Shown: piece after piece, positions 1-64,000 of the stretch
Numbering within the stretch: the stretch's first letter is position 1
How the letters are laid out: each line of letters begins with the position of its first letter
Assembly (NCBI RefSeq): GCF_001194135.2
Contig: NC_068991.1
Coordinates: forward strand, 35,374,950-35,438,949
From: Octopus bimaculoides
Taxonomy: Eukaryota
Reading direction: 5' to 3'
Length of the DNA: 64,000 nucleotides
Program-made: the position numbers and the translations under genes
The notes under the pieces: model-generated
The model's database searches: none
Told to the model about the DNA's origin: nothing
The model's input: the letters and a program-made list of their open reading frames with translations, nothing else

Positions 1-520
1 CTACATTAAGGGTACATGTATCTGTGGAGTGCTCAGCCACTTGCACGTTAATTTCACGAGCAGGGTATTCCGTTGATTGGATCAATTGGAACCCTCATTA
101 TCGTAACTGACAGAGTGCCAGTCAACAGTTTTAAGAATTAAGCTAATTTCAGATAAATATCGGGATTAGAATTAAGCTGTTATAATCAGAGTATTACATA
201 ATCTTATGATATTTCGTTGATGTTAAATTTGGTCTTATGTTGACTATAAGTGGTGAAAACTTTTACTTGATCTCACATAGATACATGTGCACATTGTAAT
301 TTACTTGTATATAGATTACAATGTATATTTGTAGTTCCTATCATGACCAACACACTGAATATGTAAATCTGAACTATAAATATCTACCACGAATAGTAAA
401 ACTTGTATATATAAGTAGCAGAAACATTATAACTACCAGGAGAGTACTGTTTTTGATTGTTTTTACTTATTCAGCAATTTTCACAATTTTGCTAAGAGCT
501 ATGTCAGTATGTCATAAACA

Positions 521-904
521 CAGGTGTGGCTGTGTGGTAAGAAGTTTGCTTCTCAGCCACAAGGTTCCAGGTTCACTCCCACTGCATGGCATCTTGGGCA
601 AGTGTTTTCTGCTATAGCCTTGGGCTGATCAAAGCCTTGTGAGTGGATTGGGTAGATGGAAACTGAAAGAAACCTGATGTGTGTTTGTCTGTGTGCGTGC
701 GTGCGTGTGTGTGTTAGTGTCTACCACTTGACAGCCAGTGTTGGTGTGTTTATGTCCTGTACCTTAGCAGTTCAGCAGAAGAGACTGATAGAGTAAGTAT
801 CAGGCTTATAAAGAAAATAAATACTGGGGTTGATTCATTCGACTAAAATTCTTCAAAGTGGTACCCCAGCATGGTCGCAATCTAATGACTGATAAAAGAT
901 AAAG
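521..904 (+). mobile_element. tRNA-derived SINE family A; other copies ~1958-2335(+), 18260-18663(+), 30960-31145(-), 38030-38830(-), 43930-44530(+, tandem pair), 46405-46612(+), 52400-52670(+)
   Basis: Shared head GTGGCTGTGTGGTAAGAAG...GGTTCAGTCCCACTG (A/B-box-like), internal (GT)n, 3' CCAGCATGGCCACAGTC..ATGACTGAAAC..(TAAAAGA)n. Confidence 0.88.
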
Positions 905-1020
905 ATGTGTTTTATCCCAGATATACTGTATAAAAATGATGTTTTCAAGTTTTGCCCTCATCACTCACTGGGTTTACTCTTTAACAATCACGTGTTTATA
1001 CTTGTTTTTCAGCTTTATTA

Positions 1021-1258
1021 TTATTCTTATTTTAGTGTCTTTTGTCTGAAATCTTTCGTCACACATCCTGTGACCTCTTCAGCAACTCTCTGTCCCATGT
1101 GTCTCCTCCTGTACTGTTTAGTCCATTCTGCCTACACCACAGACAGGCAGAATGGACTAAATAGCACAGGAGGAGACACATGGGATGGAGAGTCACTGGA
1201 GAGGTCACAGGATGTGTGACGAAAGATTTCCAGACAAGGGACACTAAGATAAGAATAA
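1021..1258. mobile_element. Palindromic MITE-like fold-back (~112-bp arms, 11-nt loop)
   Basis: Arms 1021-1133 and 1145-1258 differ at 10 substitutions plus 1 indel (manual count); half copy at ~44690-44790. Confidence 0.85.
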
Positions 1259-1346
1259 TCACATGTTTACCCTTGAACAATTTACACCTGTTTATACTTT
1301 TACCTCTCTTTAGTTTTAATAAATGTTTTCTTTTCCTTTTTTTCAG

Positions 1347-57066
<55,720 letters not shown>

Positions 57067-57840
57067 GTAAATTTCCTCTTATGTTTATCATTTTGTCTTC
57101 TTTATTTATTGTTTATGCATTCTTGCTTCGTGGTTAAGATCCTTTTCTACTGACTTGTGCATAAGTTCAAAACTTGCTAAACAAAAAACCTCTTTTATGT
57201 AATTAAAGGCAGTGATTATTTAACATGTAAACAGAAATCATCTCAATTTTGTTAGTGAAAAGGCATTTATAAAATACATGTTCCAAGAAATCATTGGAAC
57301 CTTTTCACTCATCGATTTTTTTTAGTGGTAAAATGGAGATAAATGTGTTTATTAAGGAAGGCTGCTCAACAACTTGTTATTAAGGTAGTTTTCATGTAAG
57401 TTAACGTTAAAATCATTTGTTTGTTGATATTTGTTATTTATTATAACAATTTTATTTTTCTTTGATGTGTAACATCAAGAAAATAATTAGGTGATGCAAA
57501 CAGAGACATATAAAAATGACAAAGAGAAAAGACTTAAGAAGTGTAGTTCAGATATTAAAATTATTTAATAATGTCAATAATAGTAACAAAGTTATATTGA
57601 ATCTAGATATTCTTTGTATAAGAAGAGCAACAAATAAAATAGCAGATGAAGAAAAACAGTAAAATGTCTAAATGAAAGCACTAATACTATTACAAGTTGA
57701 AGCAGTTTACATAATGGTTACCAAAAGTACAATTAAACACAAATGTATGATATTTCATCAACATAAATTGGTCACCAATTATTGTAAAAGATAACTATAT
57801 ATTTGCAAAAGGTAATTGTCTAAAAACAGTGACACATGAA

Positions 57841-57885
<45 letters not shown>

Positions 57886-57989
57886 TATTGTTTCATATTT
57901 TCTGTATGACAGGTGTGGTTCCTGTGGAATTTGAATGTTTTCTGCTTAGCTGTTGAGAACAGTGCTTCTTATAACAAGTCTGCTTTCAC

Positions 57990-58523
57990 AGGCAGTCACT
58001 TGACATTATATTGTCTAGAATGTTCTTCAAATTTTGTGCTAAGAAGAAAAAAGATGGTCCTTTGATCTGTTGTCCAATAGACATCAAACTACCAGGTCAT
58101 AAAGAATGAAATGTCTGATTTTCTTATGCCCCAAGTTTGATAATTGTTAACTCTAATGTTTTATCCTGACAATTCTTTGTCAAGAAGAGTTACATTAACA
58201 TTGATGAGTTACATCATCAACTGAACTTGGAAGTACTCTGTCATCCACCATATTCACCAGACCTTGCACCAACTGACTATCACGTTTTCCAGGCATTAGA
58301 CAACTTTTTGCAAGTAAAAAATTTCAAATCTGAAGAAGATGCAAAAACAGCCTTTTGTGATTTCATCACATCTTGCTCTCCAGAATTCTAAGCTACCCAT
58401 AAAATGGCAAAAATTGTGTTGATAATGTAGGTGCATACTTTAATTACCGCATTGCTTTTTGTTGAGATAAAGTAAAATAAACTTTCAGTTCAAAATCGGA
58501 CATTTCATTCTTAATGACCTGAT
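57990..58523 (+). mobile_element. 3' half of decayed mariner
   Basis: Translates HPPYSPDLAPTDYHVFQALDNFL at ~58245-58310; ends aatgacctga|TA. Confidence 0.8.
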
Positions 58524-59650
58524 AAAAAGAGAGTGTGACTGGCTGTAGTAATTCTAGTGTAAAGGTATGGTTGCTAGATGAAATTGTTTACTTGATGGAC
58601 AGATCATCTAGAATGGAAAATTCTCAAAAACATAACAGTCTGCAAATTGATCTGTGTCAGGTTCAGTTATTGATAAGAACTGAACTGCAACCAGAATTTT
58701 CCCAAGGAGAAATGATTAAGGAGACAGAATAAAAGCTATGCTACAATTCTATATAAGGATATTATTTCAAATTCTTGATTATTTTCCTTTTGGGAGGAAA
58801 AGTTTTGTTTGATTTTAGGGTTAACCCATCTCTGTCTGTTCAGAATGGAGATACACTTGTTGCAGGTATTGGTTCCATCTTTAGCTCATGAATTGTGTGT
58901 GGTTAATATGGCTGTGAACATTTCATGTTTAAAAAAAACCTGATTCATGTTGAGGCTGAAATCCTTTTCCAGTTCATATAATTAATTCTTTTATTGGCCA
59001 CAAGGGCTTTCCAGTTCATATAATATGCTCAGAATTGTTCACTTCTTGTAAAAGGGAGAAAATTAGAATTTACTTTCATAAATTACTTTCATTCTGTAAA
59101 TGAAAAAATAAAGAAATTGCGAGATTAATTCCTTTTTTAAAATGTATTTAAAGAGTTATCTCATTAATTTATATACATATATTTTGGCTTATTCAACTCT
59201 CTTCAGTAAAGCTGTTGGACTTAAATCTAATGGTAAATTTTGTTTATGTCAATAATATGTTTAATTGAAGATAATATAGATAAACTGTCTATAGTTATAA
59301 AAACAACAGTTTTTATAAGGAGATGGTTAAAGTGAATAAAACTACGAAATACATTTAATTTTCTCACCTTAAAATCTGAGTAGATCATTGGCAGTTCTAA
59401 ATTGTTGGTTCTTTTTCTTCTGGAGGATGTCTTCATCTTAACACTAAGGGTTCAATCCACTTTTGTGTAGAAAATACAATTTTCCTTTAAAATATCTGTA
59501 CTCAAGTGACCTGAATGAGTTGGAAAGTATTTACAGGTAAATAAAATGATTTTTTAAATGCGTACTAAGTAGATTGCTCTTGTCATTAGCTACAACGTAT
59601 AGAATAAAAGTAATATTAAAAAAAAAACTTTGATTTTTCAACTTACAGAG

Positions 59651-59685
<35 letters not shown>

Positions 59686-60226
59686 NNNNNNNNNNNNNNN
59701 NNNNNNNNNNNNNNNNNNNNNNNNNNNNNNNNNNNNNNNNNNNNNNNNNNNNNNNNNNNNNNNNNNNNNNNNNNNNNNNNNNNNNNNNNNNNNNNNNNNN
59801 NNNNNNNNNNNNNNNNNNNNNNNNNNNNNNNNNNNNNNNNNNNNNNNNNNNNNNNNNNNNNNNNNNNNNNNNNNNNNNNNNNNNNNNNNNNNNNNNNNNN
59901 NNNNNNNNNNNNNNNNNNNNNNNNNNNNNNNNNNNNNNNNNNNNNNNNNNNNNNNNNNNNNNNNNNNNNNNNNNNNNNNNNNNNNNNNNNNNNNNNNNNN
60001 NNNNNNNNNNNNNNNNNNNNNNNNNNNNNNNNNNNNNNNNNNNNNNNNNNNNNNNNNNNNNNNNNNNNNNNNNNNNNNNNNNNNNNNNNNNNNNNNNNNN
60101 NNNNNNNNNNNNNNNNNNNNNNNNNNNNNNNNNNNNNNNNNNNNNNNNNNNNNNNNNNNNNNNNNNNNNNNNNNNNNNNNNNNNNNNNNNNNNNNNNNNN
60201 NNNNNNNNNNNNNNNNNNNNNNNNNN

Positions 60227-60575
60227 CCTTACATAGGCAATGACCGAGACCTTTGGCATTATGTCGTACTTGAGAAGACTGATCAAACTGAACAAAATTG
60301 CAGTTGTGACAGATACAGGTGTTACATGAATTGGCACCTGTGCTGGTGGCATGTAAAAGCACCCTGGTGTCACGCAAATGGCACCCATGCCGGTGGCATG
60401 TAAAAGCACCCATTACACTCTCAGAGTGGTTGGCATTAGGAAGGGCATCCAGCCATAGAAAACCATGCCAAATCAAACTGGAGTCTGGTGCAGCCTTCCA
60501 GCTTGCCAGCCCTGGTCAAACTGTCTGACCCATGCCAGCATGGACAACGGACGTTAAATGATGATAATGATGACG
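60227..60575 (+). mobile_element. RTE 3' end (related subfamily) with (GAT)n tail
   Basis: NDRDLWHYVVLEKT followed by repeated GGTGGCATGTAAAAGCACC modules and CCCATGCCAGCATGG tail. Confidence 0.85.
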
Positions 60576-61065
60576 ATAGTGTTGCTCAAAAAAATAATTT
60601 GGGGATTAAAACTGTTAGTGAGTGCAAGTGTGAGTCTGATAACTGAAGTATTATGGAATTAAGTCTCTTTCATCTTAGATATTGTGAAGATGAGACAATC
60701 AGAATAATTACAATCAATACCAATATCTTGAATGAATCATTCAGTGCTGTAAATTTGACAATAAATGCATGATGAAAATTATGTAATACACTACAAATCA
60801 AATAGTTAAGGACTTAGCTCCCAATCAACCGATTTCATGTTACATTTCTAATTTGTAGTTATTTTAGTTCACATGCACTTCTATTGTCCTTAGGATAGGC
60901 ATGGATATCACAAATCTTATAGCTAATTTTCCTCTTGAAATCAATACAGTTGATTGCACACTGATTATCACTAATCACAAAAACAGCAATTAATTGACTT
61001 CACTTATCATTTTAGTGTGTGTGAGGTAAACAAATGTGTATTATTCTAATTATATGGTAAATCCT

Positions 61066-61111
61066 TCTCCTCCTCCTCCTCCTCCTCCTCCTCAGCATCA
61101 TCATCATCACC

Positions 61112-61166
<55 letters not shown>

Positions 61167-61170
61167 CCAT
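61066..61170. repeat. Compound trinucleotide microsatellite (CCT)n-(CAT/CAC)n; many other (CA)n, (TA)n, (GA)n tracts and an (ATATG)n at ~18207-18245
   Basis: Direct reading; the (CAT)n part is the tail of the adjacent minus-strand SINE. Confidence 0.95.
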
Positions 61171-61361
61171 TTTAAAATTCATTTTTCTATGCTTACATGT
61201 GTTGGACAGAGTTTATTCAGGTAGGTTTTTATTACAGTTGGGCGTCCTTCTTGTTTCCAACCCTCACCTGTTTCTAAGTAAGGTAATATTTCCTCATAGC
61301 CAGACATATTTTTGGAGGATATTGAAAATGAATGACATTCAATTACAATAATCATGTCGTG

Positions 61362-61411
<50 letters not shown>

Positions 61412-61689
61412 CTCTCTTCTCTTCCACATGCATACATGCACGTGTATGTACATATATTACATACCTGTATGCATATGTATGTACATACATACATCCTTAT
61501 ATACTTTCATACATATATACTTACATAATTACTCACTTACCTACTTTCTCTCTTCATATCTCTCTCATTGTTGCTCTTTTATTGTCTCTCTGTGTGTACG
61601 GAGAGAGTGAAAGAGCTACAAAGAGAAAGAGACGTCTGTGAACTACCATATGTCTCTACAGACATGAAATTAACTTGCAAGCCCTTTCA

Positions 61690-62405
61690 CACACTACATA
61701 CACTGAATCACCCAATCTTGGAGGAAGAACATCTTCCTCCAAGATTGATCTTTTTATGGGATTTCAGATGGTTGACATACCCAACCTTAGAAAGGAATAT
61801 ACAGCCACACATTTCACATATCCAACACAGTATGTTCTCATTAAGGTTCTGATGACAACCCCTCTGAAGCTGGCACTTTAGGCTTTTGTGCTCAAGGTGA
61901 CCCTCTTCAAGAGTTTTACAACCTTCCCTTATACGCTTCCTCCACTCAGCTCTTTCCAAAGCTAGTTCTTCCCAGTTCTTTTCATTGATTTGCATTTCCT
62001 CCAGATTACCTTTTATGCATTCTTTGTACCTTTTTTTTGTGGTTTTTGCTGAGGATGCTTTCCAGTGCACAGCTCACTGCAGAACTGCTGCTTTGGAATC
62101 CAATTATCTTCCATATTCACAGAATGGCCTACCCAACTCATCTGAGTAGATATGACAAGTGACTAGATGCTTGTGCATCCTGCCTTTGTGAGGACTTCTG
62201 TGTCTGGTATTTTACTTTTCCACTTGTTGAGTATGTGTCTCAAACATTTATGATGAAAGCACTCAAGCAACTTGAGATGCTTATGGTGTACTGCCCATGT
62301 TTCAAAAGAGTGTATTAGAGCCATTAGTATGCAAGCCTTGTAAACACTCAGCTTGGTGTTGTAGACAAGGCTGCAATTTGCCCAAACTCTTTTTCAAGCT
62401 TCCCA
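61690..62405 (-). mobile_element. RTE/BovB-like LINE C-terminus with C2H2-type zinc finger
   Basis: FGKLEKRVW...TKLSVYKAC...ETW; ORF 61708..62070 KRYKECIK...WEELALERAEWR...CEMCGCIFLSKVGYVNHLKSH. Confidence 0.85.
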
Positions 62406-63100
62406 AATGTTACAGATGCTTTCAGAACAAGGGATCAAAAAGTCATGTTGACTCTATGGAAGACATTTGTTCTGAGCTGCCTAGACTATTGCTCTCAGTT
62501 GTGGTCACCACACAGTGTCAAGCTAACAAGAGAACTTGAGGCAATTCAGCGTCACTATACAAAAAAGATATCCACAGTCCAGCAGATGAACTACAGGGAG
62601 CGACTGAAGGCACTAAGTCTCTACTCCCTGGAGCGCAGGCAGGTGATATGTAATAATTTAGATATGGAAAATACTGGAAGGACTGGTACCAAACTTAGGC
62701 ATCAAGTACTATATGAATGCCTGCACAGGTCGCCACTGCATAGTACCAAGGGTACCGTCCACTGCATCTCACATAAGAAACAGACTCGGTTTCAGAGGAC
62801 CTCAACTCTTTAATGCCCTACCAAAACAATTGAGATGCCTGCAAGACATGGATGTAGAGGTCTTCAAAACAAAACTTGACACTTTCCTGTCCACAATACT
62901 AGACGAACTGATGGCTTGAAATGAGACACAGTTGAGGGCAGCGATATCAAATTCTCTTATACACCAGATGTGCCATTGAAAGTCTTGATTGGACTATATC
63001 AAGTGGAGGAGAAGAGCCATGCAAGGAACGTGCAGAGAGCACAGCATAAGGAGAGAAAGACATGGTGGTGCTCTAGCCTGACTGCAGCCACTTGGCTGAA
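62406..63100 (+). mobile_element. CR1-group LINE 3' fragment
   Basis: ORFs 62445..62813 (LWKTFVLSCLDYCSQLWSP...YRERLKALSLYSLERR) and 62713..62919 (GPQLFNALPK..R...FKTKLD.FL). Confidence 0.85.
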
Positions 63101-64000
63101 AAGCATGACCAAGTTAGTAGTGGGGGAGGGTGCGCTGAAAGTGTAGCTGCTAGTATAAGAATAGCCTGGGCAAAGTTCAGAGAGCTCTTACCTCTGCCGG
63201 TGACAAAGAGTCTCTCTCTCAGAGTAAAAGGCAGACTGTATGACGCATGTGTACGAACAGCCATGCTTCATGGCAGTGAAACATGGGCCATGACTGCTGC
63301 AGACATGCGTAGGCTCGAAAGGAATGAAGCCAGTATGCTCCGATGGATGTGTAATGTCAGTGTGCATACTAGACAGAGTGTAAGTACCTTGAGAGAAAAA
63401 TTGAACCTAAGAAGCATCAGTTGTGGTGTGCAAGAGAGACGATTGCTGGTATGGTCATGTGGCGAGAATGGATGAGGATAGCTGTGTGAAAAAGTGCCAC
63501 ACCTTAGCAGTTGAGGGAACCTGTGGAAGAGGTAGACCCAGGAAAACCTGAGATGAGGTTGTGAAGCACGACCTTCAAACATTAGGCCTCACTGAGGCAA
63601 TGACTTCTGACCAAGACCTTTGGAAATATGCTGTGCGTGGGAAGACCCGGCAAGCCAAGTGAGACCATAAACCAAGGCCTCTGCCAGGGGTGTAGCCAGC
63701 CCACTTATGTGTACCTTTCCTTCATTGGACACTAAACTCCACTTGCGAAGACCTATTGAGGCAAGTGAAATCTAAATCGAACTAAATTCGACAACTGGCA
63801 CCCATGCCAACATCGTCTCCTTCATTGGAAACTGAACTCGGCTTGCGAAGACCTGTTGGGGCAAGTGAAAGCGAAATCGTGATGGCACATGTACCAGTGG
63901 AGCGCTAAGAGCACTGTCCGAGTGTGATCGTTGCCAGAGCAGCTGTCTGTCTTCCATGCCAGTGGCACGTAAATAGCACCATTTGAGCGTGATCGTTACC
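63101..64000 (+). mobile_element. 5'-truncated RTE LINE continuing past the window end
   Basis: ORF 63092..63475 DQVSSGGGC...AWAKFRELLP...KGRLYDACVRTAMLHGSETW; 3' UTR with internal repeats from ~63660. Confidence 0.93.

Noticed and set aside
521-600. tRNA genes in SINE heads
   Set aside because: A/B-box-like sequence only; no cloverleaf, and each continues into a SINE body.
57492-57570. Lys-rich stretch after an AG as the next NEMF exon
   Set aside because: In the required phase (2) it hits TGA immediately, and there is no motif match.
61036-61224. Poly-Pro/poly-His ORF
   Set aside because: Compound trinucleotide microsatellite forming a SINE tail.

Overview
Eukaryotic, AT-rich, repeat-dense genomic DNA with eight N-gaps. 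The SINE, RTE and mariner repertoire suggests a coleoid cephalopod, probably Octopus (inference from recalled repeat families, not a search). Nearly the whole window is one + strand gene, NEMF (Rqc2 orthologue, ribosome-associated quality control). I reconstructed 23 GT-AG exons with consistent phases from 1347 to 57066 (~2.2 kb CDS, ~737 codons). The first exon and the C-terminal exons lie outside the window or in gaps, and most exons are too short for the ORF track. Introns contain tRNA-derived SINEs, 5'-truncated RTE and CR1-type LINEs, decayed mariner/Tc1/DD37D transposons, piggyBac-, pogo- and palindromic MITEs, a Helitron fragment and microsatellites. The best lead is a structurally complete type I hammerhead ribozyme fold (31837-31899, sense to NEMF). 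It has a compensatory U3:A8 core that strict CUGANGA searches would miss, sits in a ~235-bp repeat unit, and has a circularly permuted antisense copy ~150-350 bp upstream. Other leads are a decayed minimal Penelope-type hammerhead, a G-U-biased pre-miRNA-like hairpin and several long fold-back structures in the pre-mRNA. Repeat boundaries are by eye and approximate unless TSDs or TIRs are quoted.
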